The notes below the pieces were generated by a model, which searched no databases, was not told the origin of the DNA, and saw only the letters and a program-made list of their open reading frames with translations. A stretch of 62,907 nt of DNA, filler included. It is 12 parts of 12 records of this genome, joined end to end, with 100 filler letters (N's around TTAATTAATTAA, not from the genome) between each part and the next. Parts side by side here need not be neighbours in the genome. Positions count along the whole stretch, not along the records: positions 22,452 to 26,090 come from SRR7504441_19358; positions 26,191 to 31,613 come from SRR7504441_19360; positions 31,714 to 35,960 come from SRR7504441_19361; 9 more parts are not named here. The stretch is one strand, 5' to 3'. Position 1 is the stretch's first letter. Every line of letters starts with the position of its first letter. The translations under genes and the position numbers were made by a program. Of the stretch, positions 23,104 through 34,347 are shown piece by piece.

Positions 23104-25741
23104 TCAAGCCTCTTGATCGTGAATCGTCCGCCCTTGATCAAAGCCACAGACCAGTTTAGTCGCTGGATCGCGAATCAAGCATCCTGATTGAAACTGGACC
23201 ATTCCCTGTTCCCACCCGGCCATGGATCGCAGCTGGTCGAGAACCTGTGTAGTTCCGAAAAATGGATGCGACGCCACGGTGTCATCCAGAATCCCATGCG
23301 CCAGACTAACGCACTCCACCCCGCATATTGACAACGATTGCCCACCTTCAAGCACAAAGCTGTATACTGCGCCGCAGGGCTGTTCTCGCGTTTCGGCCAG
23401 GTTTGCTGGGAATGTCCAACATCCGGCTGCTTTGACGGGATGCCACGGGGTGACCCGCAGCCCACTGCCCAACTCCACAAGCGCGGCTTTGCCATCCTTG
23501 CAGATGGTCTTGACCACGCACAGCACGGATGCCGGCCGACCAGAAGAAAGCACTTGGTCGCCTCGCTCAATACACTCCACACGCTTGTCAGGCATCCCTT
23601 GGGCCATCGCGACCATGCACTCCCCAGCAAAGCAAGGATTGTTAGCCTGATTGTAAGCCGCCATGCTAATTGGAGCCGAGCGCTGTGCGCTCTGGACTGA
23701 TTGGCCGGGCTGTGGTGCTGGGGCCGTGATAGACGGCGTGGGCGGGGGCATTTGGTTGAAGCACTCGTCTCCTTCGTCACGCAACCGGTCAAATTCGTCG
23801 CTGGCTGCGTACTCCTGCAGCCCGACGTCTTTGAAATTTGTGCACAGCTGCATCCGGTGGGCTAGCAGCAGCGAGCGGAGATAGTGCTTGCCCCAGCGGT
23901 TGAACCATTCGTCCAGTGAGAACGCCTCTTTGATCTGGCCGTCCAGGTCGCCAAGCACTGGGTCGCGCGCCAGTTTCCCAGGCACAATCTCGCGAGATAT
24001 GGCCGTCGGGTCCGCCCCCATCGACACCAGCTGCTCGCGGAGCGACTGGAGCCCGGCTTGGGCCTCAGCCAGAGTGACGTCTCCGGCCACCACTTGATCC
24101 ATCAGCTTGTGCACGCTATCAACGAACTTCACTCGCCGAGCCTGCGCGTACAGCTGCTCGTCCTCGCCCTCACCGGGCTGCATCCCAGCCGAACGGTCAC
24201 CCGCTGGAGTGTTGTACCGAAGCGTGGCATTGGCCACTGGAGAGCTGGTGCAGTTCCGGGCCTGGAGCACCACGGAGCGGCGTGCGCCATACTGGAGCAC
24301 ACCAAGGTCGACCACAGCTGTGCCCTCACTGGTGGCGACCGCATCGCTCCCGAGCAGCTCCACGCCGGGGGCTAGCTCGAGCTCCACCTGAGCCTTGCCG
24401 ATCTGGAGCAGCGAGTTGGCCAGCGAGTGTATGAACGCTGTGCCAACCATCCCGGAGTCTGGGATGAACGAGTACATGCCGTGCCCACGCAGCGCGATCG
24501 CTTCTAGCAGCTCCGAGTCCAGATTGTACCCGAACCCGAAGGTGTTGATCGAGGCGCTCAAAGGGGTGCTCTCTAGGTACTTGCGGAGCATCGGCAGGAT
24601 CCCACGCGGCGGGTTGAGGTTGGGCACCCCATCAGTGAGCAGCATCACTGAGGGCACGCTCCCGTCCTGATCAGACGTGCTGCGCCGGACTCAGCGGCGG
24701 CCGGGCGGACAAGGGCACCGGATGACCTCCATTGCGGTGTGCAGTCCGTCCCACAGGTTGGTTCCCCCGTAGGCTGTCATGTTTTCGACCTGGCCCTTCT
24801 CACAGGGCGAGGCTCTCAGATACACCCACCGCCGACACTGCCCGGGCCTTGCCAGCTTCGGTCATTCTAAGCGGGGTGAGCACAGTGGTGGCTTTGTTCG
24901 AGTAAGTGACCTGGCCGGCCGGTCGGGCGGTCCATGCGGGCTCGCACCAATGAGATTCTGTCCTGCTCGCTGAGCAACCGGATGATCACCTTGACCGAGT
25001 GCTTCACGATATCCAGGATAGACAGCCCTGCCGGCAGTTCTGAGCCGGGCGCCCGGTCGGGCCGGGTGCCGTGGCTCTCGACCCCCTCGCCGGTCTGAAT
25101 CTTGGACTCTAGTGACATTGAGCCCGATACGTCCACCTGGCTCGGCTGGACCCAGCCCGGCCTGACCAGCCACCACGCAGCAGATGTGCACGGGCACTCT
25201 GGCCGTCGCAGCCGGAGGGAGCGCCTCGAGCATCAGCAGCTGGGCGCCTGACCCCTCGCTAGCCGCCGCCAAATGCTCCCGACCCACCTGAGGCGCCCTC
25301 GGCCAGATCGGGCAGCACCCGGCTCGTGAGTTGGACTTGGACCTCCTTGGGCGCCGGGGCCGCCGGAGCCGCCGGGGCGGTGGAGTTGGCCGGCGGCTTG
25401 GCGCTGTCCGGCGTGTTGGCGCTCTTCCACTCGACGATCGCGTCCCGGAGCGCCCTGTTCGGGACCAACTGCCCGGCCGCCAGCGGGCTCCGGGTCATTG
25501 GCGAGACGGCCTGCCCCCAGCTGGGCCGGGGCGCGTCGGGGGGGGGGGGGGCGCCTCGCGGGAGAGCCATTCGAGGATGGCGGCGCGCTCGTAGGTGTTG
25601 CCCTCGGGGTCCACCACCTGCAGCCGCTCCGCCCCGGGGGCTGGGCGGCCGCACCGGGTCATCCATCACCACGTGGGTAATGCTGCACAGGAAGCTTTGC
25701 GGGGCCGACGCGGCGCGCGCGAGCGCAGCGCTGGAACTCAT
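23104..25741 (-). CDS. U-box - vWA - Vwaint - Hint (Vint) protein
   Basis: U-box FLCSITHVVMDDPVVDPEGNTYERAAILEWL...SPMTR...LVPNRALR; MIDAS DVSGSM, GGTNLWDGL, LLTDG; RWGKHYLRSL...CTNFKD; Hint begins NNP|CF at 23634 with VTPWHPV. Confidence 0.92.
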
Positions 25742-25917
25742 GGGCTTCTCTCGCCGCGTGACCCAGGCACAGCCCTGTCTAGTGGCCGGTTCACTCAGAG
25801 GAACCGTGAGCTGTGTCACCCCAATCCGTTGCAATGTCCGTTGGAAGCAGTTGGTGTCGCCAAGACGCAGGCACGGTCAGGAGGGCCGGCGGCAGGGGCT
25901 CCTGTGGCGCGAGACCG

Positions 25918-26090
25918 ATGGGCGGCACCATGGGCACCGAGTGCTCGTGCGAGCGCAACCCGGAGGAAGTGCCGATCGACACCGAGCCGGAGGGCCAGAT
26001 GGCCCCGCCCCAGAGCAACGGCCAATCGGGCAAAGTTCGGTTTGAGGACGAGCCGGCCGAGCCCCAGAATGCGATGGAACGGGCCGAGTA
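25918..26090 (+). CDS. 5' fragment of a hypothetical protein (MG/Cys N-terminus)
   Basis: MGGTMGTECSCERNPEE, open to the contig end; divergent from the Vint gene. Confidence 0.45.
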
Positions 26091-26190
26091 NNNNNNNNNN
26101 NNNNNNNNNNNNNNNNNNNNNNNNNNNNNNNNNNTTAATTAATTAANNNNNNNNNNNNNNNNNNNNNNNNNNNNNNNNNNNNNNNNNNNN
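26091..26190. other. Artificial contig linker
   Basis: Same 100-nt pattern. Confidence 0.98.
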
Positions 26191-26327
26191 ATCAATCACT
26201 AGGTGCTCTAGCTACACTTGTACATGTACATATGAATTTTAATTTTAAAGTTCTCTTAGGACATAGAGGACGTCCGGTGATAGAGTCACTGGTGATAGAG
26301 GGCTAAGTGTAGGCTAAGTGTAATCGA

Positions 26328-27890
26328 TCAACGGTATTTGGATGCAGCATTGTTGCAGGACACGTAGTACTCAAGCCAATCCGAGCCTTCAACCGCATTG
26401 TCCAATAAACTCTCCAACATCTCCACCACTCTCCCGCCCAGCTCACCCAACTGGCTGCATTCATCCTTATCGAAATCCTGCCCAGACTGTCAATAGACCA
26501 AACTGGATCAAAAACCTCTCGAGGCTTGTCATCCATCATGCAGAGCACCCCAATAAAGACCCGACCCCCCTGCAGCCAGGCTCAATGCAGGTTAACTGTG
26601 CCCAGTCCACCTCCGGGTACCGCACACTAATCGCCTTGGCGGCATAGAAGGCCACCCTGCAGCCGGGCTTACCACAAGCCAGGGGCCTGGCGGCGCCTGG
26701 GCTCGTCCACTACTAGAGGGTGCGCCACCAGCCGCGGGTCCTGCCTGTGATCCGCTGTCAATTTAACGCTCATGGGTCTCTCGCCTGGCGTCCAGGATCA
26801 CAGTCGGAGACTCGCGCCGGAAGCTATAGTGGCACAGGAGCAGGTTGTCCCTCAGCCGAAGCATGTTCGGATACTTGACATGGCTAATTTCTGCCGCCCA
26901 GTTATCGAGCCTCAGTGTCGCCGATGCCTTCTATCCCACGCCCGGCCCGCGCCACAAGGTCCACCCCATCCAACCCCACCTGGCATCCGATTGACCCAGT
27001 TCCGCCGGGTGTGGTGCACCAGCGAGACTGCAGCCGCCTTGACTTGGAATATCTCACATACCTGCAGCCGGGCGGTCGCACCGAATCCAACCGGGGCTGA
27101 CCTGGGCGCACATCTCGTTGAGTTGCTCAATCACCGGGATCGGGGCCGGCGCTTCACTGCACGGGGCCTGCCAGCGGCTCGCTCCGTATGCCAGCCAGCG
27201 CTCTGCAGCCACCCAGAGCGCGGCCCGGCCGTCCTTTGACTCGAGCTGGGAGAGCATCGACTCGCACATGCCGGCCCGCTTGGTCACCACCTGCCCCTTC
27301 TGTGAGCCCGGCCGCACACGCCCGGCGCCTTCATCCCAAGCTGTGTCAAGTAGTCCATCTGTCCCGGGCTCAGCCCACCGCCCCGCGAAGGGAGCCGATC
27401 ACTTGGTCGACCGGGATGATCGTACTGTCGACCGTGAGCAGACAGACCACAGTGCCTGCCGCCGCCAGCGTCTTCCTGTCCATTCGGGCGATGGTCTGGC
27501 CCCTCGATCGCCTGGGTCGGCGGGCGGGCGCGCCTGGACGCCGTCCATCATCGGCATCAAATAGTCGACCACAATCATATCCCAGAGGCACTCCCGGCTG
27601 CCCCGGGCAGCTCGCCCCGGAGCTGACCAACCCCCACCTGCTCAGGTCCTCCAGGAACTGGCCGCCCGATTCGAAGGTGGTCACCTACCCCAGGCGCTCG
27701 CCGGCAGGAAACTCGCGGCTACCTCCACGCCGAGCTTGTTGAGCTTCTCTCGGAGCAGCTGACGGTGCAGCGGATTGTCGTCCACCAGCGCCAGCCGATA
27801 CCGCTGGCCCAGCCCGGGGGGCTCCTCCATGCTCTGGGGAGACGCGCGGCGTGACCTGAGATCACTCGGAAAAGCCGGCAATTCCGGCAT
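26328..27890 (-). CDS. Response-regulator receiver + GAF domain protein, multi-exon
   Basis: REC: LALVDDN, IVVDYLMPMMDG, CLLT. GAF after splicing: EIFQVKAAAVSLV, LCHYSF...TVILDARQDPRLVAHPLVVDEPRVAFYAAKAI, IGVLCMMDDKPRE. Stop at 26328-26330. Confidence 0.8.
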
Positions 27891-27907
27891 TTGTAGCACG
27901 ACTAGGA

Positions 27908-28036
27908 ATTTCCGGGCATAAAGTTCGATCCTTTGCTACGAAATTGCCCGGAAATCCCTACGAAGTGATTTGTTTGTTATGAATGTTAGTTAGTTAGTTA
28001 ATCCCTACGAAGTAATTTGTTTGTAAGTTAGTTAGT
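27908..28036. repeat. 11-bp inverted repeat plus 47-nt-period direct repeat
   Basis: ATTTCCGGGCA (27908-27918) / TGCCCGGAAAT (27945-27955); AATCCCTACGAAGTRATTTGTTTGT at 27953 and 28000, each followed by (GTTA)n. Confidence 0.75.
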
Positions 28037-28054
28037 GGAAGCCTTTGAGAGCAA

Positions 28055-28481
28055 ATGGTCCTGGCGTGGCGGAGGCTCCGCGTGTTGGGGGGCGGCTGTT
28101 GCTGGCCGAGTGTCCCCCTCAGGTTACCCTCAGGTGCATTTGTACGCCATGATTACGCGGTGGCGGAGGAGTGGCTCGGAGATGGGCTGAGTGCTGGGGA
28201 GGAGATCACAGTGTGGCTGGATCATGGGCCAGATGGCGTGGAGCGGATAGCGTGGGCTGAGCGCCAAGATGGGTTCGCGGCGCGCTTTCGCTTTGGCCGA
28301 GTTAGATAATTCCTGCAGACCCTGTGTTTTTGATGGCCTCGTGGCCTCCTGGCCTCGATTCGGAATACCGCTTCGAGGCGCGCTGAAGCCTGCCGCGATC
28401 GAATTGCTCCTGCGGCGGATCAACTCTGGGCTCGACCTCCTCGGGGCCTGGCCATCCACGCCATCACTGCATGCAGTTTAA
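28055..28481 (+). CDS. Small hypothetical protein, exon structure unresolved
   Basis: ORFs 28055-28309 and 28269-28481 fill the gap between the repeat region and the RCC1 gene; no motif. Confidence 0.3.
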
Positions 28482-28555
28482 TTGTCGAGTCTGGACTTGC
28501 CGTTGGCAGCTCGCGTGATCCGAGCCGGTCGGTCGCGGTGGGCCGCCCGGGTGCG

Positions 28556-31500
28556 ATGGGGAGGACCGAACTGTACCTCTGGGGGCGCGGGTGCCCGGGC
28601 CGAGCGGTCACGCTAACGGCAACGGGACAGCTCGGACGGGCAGCTCGGTCTGGGCAGCACCGGCGACTCGAGGAAGCCGGGGCCGGTGCCGGGATTGGGG
28701 CCGGTGGCTGCTGCAGGGCTGGGCTACTGCCACTCGGCGGCGGTGGGGGCGGACGGGTGAGTGGGCGGGGTTGGTGCGTGTTCTTGATGCCGCCGGTGCA
28801 GGCGGGTGTGGACCTGGGGCCGGGGGGCGCTAGGGCTGCTCGGGCACGGCGATCTGACCGACGAGCTCAAGCCCCGGCCCGTCAAAGGGCTGGCCGCGGT
28901 ACACCACCGCCCGGGGGATGAGCCGACTGGTGTGCCAGGTGGCGGTTCGGGCGGTGTCGTGTGGCGTGTACCACTCGCTGGCGCTCACTGACACAGGCGC
29001 AGTGTACAGCTGGGGGTTGGCCCCCTCGCTGCGGGCGGCTGACAGCTGCTGGTTGCAGCTGGGGGAACGACGGCCGGCTGGGGCACGGCGACGAGTGCGT
29101 CAGCACCTGTTGTTTCCTGCCAATACGGGTGGCAGGTACTACATTCTCTCGCCGCGGCGGTTGGATGCCCTCGCGGAGAAGCCAGCGCACAAGGTGGCTT
29201 GCGGGCACTACCATTCGGGCGCAGTGCTGGCCGGAGGGGCGGTGGCGCTGTGGGGGTGAACCCGCTGTCCGGCTGTCCAGCTGAGAGCCGCAGGTGTGGG
29301 GGCGAGGGCCGGCTGGGGCTCGGACACCAGCATGATTCTACCTGGCCAGCTATTCTGGACAAGTTCTCAGGCAATCAAATAGTGTTTCAGTGGCGCCTCA
29401 CTCGGTCTGTACAGGCGTAGCCGAGCTGGCGCTGGGAGCTAGTCACACGCTGGCCCTCTCTGGCGATGGCCGAATCTACAGCTGGGGGTGGGTTGTGTAA
29501 TCATTTCACACACAATGCCCGGCTGGGATCTTTGCTCATGAGACTGTGCAGCTGCGGGGATGGCGGCCGGCTGGGTCAAGGCTCGCGCAAGACGCTCCGC
29601 CAGCCTAAGATGATCGACCTCCAAGGTGTGAATCGTTTGATTTGTTTGATAGCAAGGTCTGACGCCTGATGGGCGGGCTTCAGGCACCAAGGCGGTGGCA
29701 GTGGCAGCGGGTGAAGGCCACAGCCTTGCCATCACAGATCAGGGCGGTCTGAATCCATCGCTCGATCGCCCTGAGCCGAGTGCAGGTGTGCTCAGCTGGG
29801 GCCAAGGCGGCAAGGGCCAGCTCGGGCATGGCGAGTTTTCCGACCTGAACGTGCCAAGGCTAGTGACGTCGGTCGGCCCCTGCTCGGCGTGCGGGTGCGG
29901 CGTGAGCCACTCGCTGGTGCTCTCGCAGCAAGGGGTGATCAGATTGCTCATTAGGAGCCTAGTGTGAGCCACTTGCAGGTGCTCATATGGGGCGAACACG
30001 GTGGTGGTAGCTTCGGGGCCACCCCACGGCTGCTCGCTGGCACGTCAGGCGCCAGCCAGGTGCATTTCTTAGCCCACCCTGGCTCACAGCTAGCAGGTCG
30101 TGGCCGGAGGCTTCCACTCAGCTGTGCTCAGCGCGGAGCCAGTCCACGCAGGGCAGGCACGTTGCACCTCAATCCGAATTCAGTCAATGTATGCAGGGCT
30201 CACCGACCAGTTCGGTCTCCAGCTACGATGCTATTGCCCGACTGCTCGACACTGTCGCTAGGTTTGCGCTTGAACCCGATATGAATTCAAACTCTGTACA
30301 GCCCGGAGACACGGGAGAAACTGCAAGCGGCGCTCACAGGCCAGCCGCCGTCCTCTGGTGCGCTTGGATTTGACTTGAAGCTGAGCCTAGCACAGGCCGG
30401 TCCAGCTCCAAAACGCCGACTCGCGCCGAGGTGATAGACAAGATGCTCTCGCACACCCGCAACGCTGGTGTCTCGCTCTCGCAGTCGCCCTCGGGCTCAG
30501 GTTATATCTGTGTGAATCTGTGGCTGATGGCGCTCAATAGGGCTGCTCTCTCCTGAGGAGACTCTGCAACAGCTGCGGGACGCGAATGCGGTCAGTAACA
30601 CATCTTGGTCAATGGGAAGATGAGGTTGACAGGCGCTGAGGGACGAACTCCACACAATATGGGGTGCCGATCAGTCCCCGACTGCTGGGTTCACTGTCAC
30701 ACGGTCAGCACTCCCACCCCGAGAGCTATTTTCATGTGGCTGAGCGGAGTTGCAGGCAAATGTCACCGGCTAGTGCATCGTCAGCCGATTCTTACAGCTC
30801 AGCCGACCCTGCTGCTTCCCAGGTCATTAAACTGCCGTATGAGCAAATAACTGACGAGGGATTCAGGCGGCTCAGGAGCTGGCAGTGCTTGTGGGAGTCC
30901 CATCCAGCGGGTAGGCTGCTTGACTGTTAGCTTGCACACCACCCAAATAATTCGGCCACCCAATGAAAACTGACTCCGTTGACAGACCACTCGGGCCGCT
31001 GCTCCGGAGGATTGTGCCTGAGGTACGCTTGCTCTGCCAGGAGAGCCAGCCAGAGCCCCAGCTGCGTAAGCAGGTGGCTGGGTTGTCTGCGCTTCATAAG
31101 TGGCGGGGCAGATGGCAGCAGCAGAGGCTCGGGCCAGCAAGATGGAGAAGGAGCTGAGGTGATTGAATGAATTACTAGCAGGCTAGGGCTGAATGACGCG
31201 TTGGCCAACAGGCGACTGCGTGATGATACCGAAATCGTGCAGCTGGAGAAGCTGATGGGTCAGGTCGCACAATTAAATTGACACTGTGCCTGACTAGAGG
31301 GCAACAGCTTGAGATGAAAGTAGCTGCCAGCCAAGACGAAGCCAGGCGCAGCCAGCAGGCAGTGCCCTCCCCAAGCTCAGTGCGATTGAATGGGCGTTAT
31401 CAGGCTCTGGAGAAGGCCAATGCTGAGGCTGATCGGCTTCGGGCCCTGCTGGAGACCGATGGTGGGGTGAACTCGGCCGCAATTGAGCAGGTTGCTGCTC

Positions 31501-31613
31501 CCTCCTGATTGAAAATGCCATAGAAGGCGTTTCGTCTGATTCGTAACACCAGGCGGCAAAGGAGGCTGAAGGCAAGATGAGGACTTGCCCTTACCCAGAG
31601 GGCAGCCGGAAGC
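28556..31613 (+). CDS. RCC1-repeat protein with C-terminal coiled coil (3'-truncated)
   Basis: LYLWGRGSDGQLGLG, WTWGRGALGLLGHG, VSCGVYHSLAL, VACGHYHS, AAGEGHSLA, SWGQGGKGQLGHG, CGCGVSHSL; many short introns. Confidence 0.9.
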
Positions 31614-31713
31614 NNNNNNNNNNNNNNNNNNNNNNNNNNNNNNNNNNNNNNNNNNNNTTAATTAATTAANNNNNNNNNNNNNNNNNNNNNNNNNNNNNNN
31701 NNNNNNNNNNNNN
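31614..31713. other. Artificial contig linker
   Basis: Same 100-nt pattern. Confidence 0.98.
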
Positions 31714-32470
31714 CCCGCCTGCCAAGCAGCGCGAGCTCTCAGCGGCGGTCCGGCAGCTCCGGCTGATGGTCTCAGGATCGGCCGCGCTCCCGCCGTCGGT
31801 GATGGCTCGCTGGGAGGAGATCAGCGGACACAAGCTGCTCGAGCGATATGGGATGACCGAGACCGGGATGGTGCTCTCAAACCCATACGAAGGCGAGCGC
31901 AAGCCGCAGACTGTCGGGTTTCCGCTGCCAGGGGTAGCCTGCCAGGTGGATGCGGCCGGACAGCTGCTGGTCAAGGGCCCGAGTGTGTTCAAAGAGTACT
32001 GGGGCCGGCCGGAGCAGACGGCCGAGGAGTTTGACTCTGAGGGCTGGTTCAAGACTGGCGACATTGTGGAGGTCGATCCGACCGGGCGGTACAGCATCAA
32101 AGGCAGGGCATCGGTGGACATCCTCAAGACAGGCGAATGGCCGGTCGGTCGGGCTGAGCGGGCGGCAGGCGGGTACAAGGTGTCGGCACTGGATGTGGAA
32201 CAGCAGCTGCTCCAGCACGAGGCGATCTCGCAGGCGGCTGTGTTCGGGGTGGAGGACGAGGCTTGGGGCCAACGGATTGCTGCGGTGGTTACAATGCAGC
32301 CGGGTGCGGAGCCGCTGAGCCTGGATCAGCTGCGCGAGTGGGGGAAGCAGCGGATGGCCGGGTATCGCGTGCCGAGCGTGCTCAAGGTGCTCGACGAGAT
32401 CCCGAAGAACCCGATGGGCAAGGTCAACAAGAAGCAGCTGGCCGCGCTTTACGCCGCAGGCGAGCTCTGA
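31714..32470 (+). CDS. ACSF3: Malonyl-CoA synthetase (ACSF3/MatB-like), C-terminal part
   Basis: RLMVSGSAALP, LLERYGMTETGM, GWFKTGD, GRASVDILKTGGYKVSAL (after 36-nt GC-AG intron 32133-32168), PKNPMGKVNKK. Confidence 0.88.
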
Positions 32471-32693
32471 GTGTATAGAGCGCTGCTTCCTGTAAGGGCT
32501 CGCCTGACGCTCCGCCTCCGAGCCCAGCTAATCAACTAGCTTATACAATTTCATCTCTATTTCATGTCTAAGTGACGACTGCTCGTTAGCGCAGACCGAC
32601 AGTGCCACGCTGCCCTCTGCCGCGGACGCCGCTGTGCTTGTACAGCACAGAGCCGGATTAAGCAGTCATCGGCCGCCAGCGACCCCGAGTGGC

Positions 32694-32903
32694 TCAGTTG
32701 AGCGTGTGGCCGGTGGCCAGGGTCCAGTGCATCTTGCGGCAGATCAGCTTGGCCGCAAGCAGCAGAATCAGCAGTCCGAGCCACACCTGCAGCCCGTCGC
32801 GCAGCTGCTCGGTCCAGCCCTGCGCTGCCCGCTTCCGGCCGATCCTCAGTCCTGCATCCCCCAGTGGCCCAGTACCCTCTCCGGAGGCGGCCCCCACGGG
32901 CAT
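32694..32903 (-). CDS. Possible small single-pass membrane protein
   Basis: ATG at 32903, divergent from ZNHIT2; one hydrophobic stretch VWLGLLILLLAAKLI. Splicing not excluded. Confidence 0.35.
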   Translation of the reverse strand: MPVGAASGEGTGPLGDAGLRIGRKRAAQGWTEQLRDGLQVWLGLLILLLAAKLICRKMHWTLATGHTLN

Positions 32904-32972
32904 GTTCAAAGGGGCCAGCTCGGCGCGGAGCCGTTGCCGGCTCCACCGTAGCGCCGGCCGTGGTTCGATAAT

Positions 32973-34306
32973 ATGCGCGCCTCTGCTCGGGTGTGCCTCG
33001 TGTACCACCGGGCGGGCCGGGCGCGGGGCGAGCGGGCAGGGCAGGTGCCAGCGCGAGTTCGCAAAGTACCAATGCCCCCGGTGCAACGCGCCCTACTGCG
33101 GGCTGTCGTGCTACAAGGGCCATTCGGAGGGCTGCACCGAGTCTTTCTATCGCGAGGCCGCCACCGATCAGCTCCGGTGCCGGCCGCGCAGCCGTGCCAG
33201 CAGCTGGGCGGCAGCGGGCAGCGGGCTCCGGACGCGGTGCAGCGGGAGATGCTGGCCGCGCTGGCTAGGGATAACCAGACCCAAGCCGGTGGGCGGCCGG
33301 GGCTGCTCCGGCGGCTGATCGGCTCCGCAGACGAAGACGATGCCCTGTATGAAGGCCTGGAGGGGCTTGATCTCGGTTCGGCGGCTCTGGTCGGCCGAGG
33401 CTCAGTGGAGCGCAGATAACCTAAGTCTAGAGCAGCTCACTCCGGCGCAGCGACGGGACTTCGAGCGGTCAGTGGTGGATGGCCGGCTGGCCAGCGCAAT
33501 CGCGGTGGAGGAGCCTTGGTGGCGCCGGGCGGATGGACAGGCGGGTTGAGTGCGTACTGGTCTGAACATCGGTGCAGGGAGTAGCGCTGCCAGCTGAGCT
33601 GCCTGAGGTGACCAGCCTGACCGGCGGAGCGGCACCTTCAGCCTCGCTCTGGGTGCATCTAACCCAGATCCTGTACGCTGCTACGCAACAGTCGGTCTGA
33701 GCCAGGCTGGCAGCTGGGGCTATGCATACTGCGCTAGGATGTTCAACAACGACTGGTCAGACGACCCGCTTGGGTTTGCCGAGGCCTCGCTCCGCCTGTG
33801 CACAGTGCTCGGGCCCGGCGCACCCCCGGGGTCCATATCGGAGGCGCTCGGCGCTGCACTCGCTGGGGCGCGGAATGTGCGCGCGCAGCCCGCTTGGAGG
33901 TGAGGGGCGGGGCAGCCGGCAGTGTTTGTATCGGCAGAGTTTTCCGACGGAATTGTGGCCGAGCTCAAAGTGTTAGTTCGGCGGCCAACCTATATCCACA
34001 GGGCGCTGGCTGAGCTGCACGAGGCACACGGTCGAGCGGCCGAGCTGTGCATTCCCCCATCGGCCGAGCGGAGTGGCCGGGACAGGGCCGGGGGCAAGCG
34101 CCGGCGGAAAGTGGTGCACAAGCTCTGGTTCTTTATTGTGTGGGCTGGGTCGCTCAGCGCTAGTCAAGTGGCTGCCATAGCCGATCAGGTGGGGTAGCTG
34201 TACCAGGCGACGACTGAGAGGGCGGCAGGTCGACTCTGAGCTCGCCAGGCTTGATTGGGACCAACCTGATGGGTTTGAACTCAAGCTTCCGACCAAAATA
34301 ACATAG
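32973..34306 (+). CDS. ZNHIT2: Zinc finger HIT domain protein 2-like
   Basis: Spliced VCLVCQREFAKYQCPRCNAPYCGLSCYKGHSEGCTESFYRE; LTPAQRRDFER, EPWW, KLWFFIVW. Confidence 0.82.
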
Positions 34307-34347
34307 CAAAGTCCGCTACAACGATTATATCGCTTTCATTTTTTCAT

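Noticed and set aside
23104-23634. Hint domain as a mobile intein
   Set aside because: No C-terminal His-Asn/nucleophile junction and no homing endonuclease; the context is a Vint protein.
25538-25551. 14-nt G homopolymer as a regulatory G-quadruplex or phase-variation tract
   Set aside because: It lies inside a short intron of the Vint gene, so length changes would not affect the reading frame.
32901-32904. Two divergent start codons overlapping in one CATG
   Set aside because: The zf-HIT CxxC is restored only from ATG 32973 plus an intron, so the plus-strand ATG at 32902 is unlikely to be the start.
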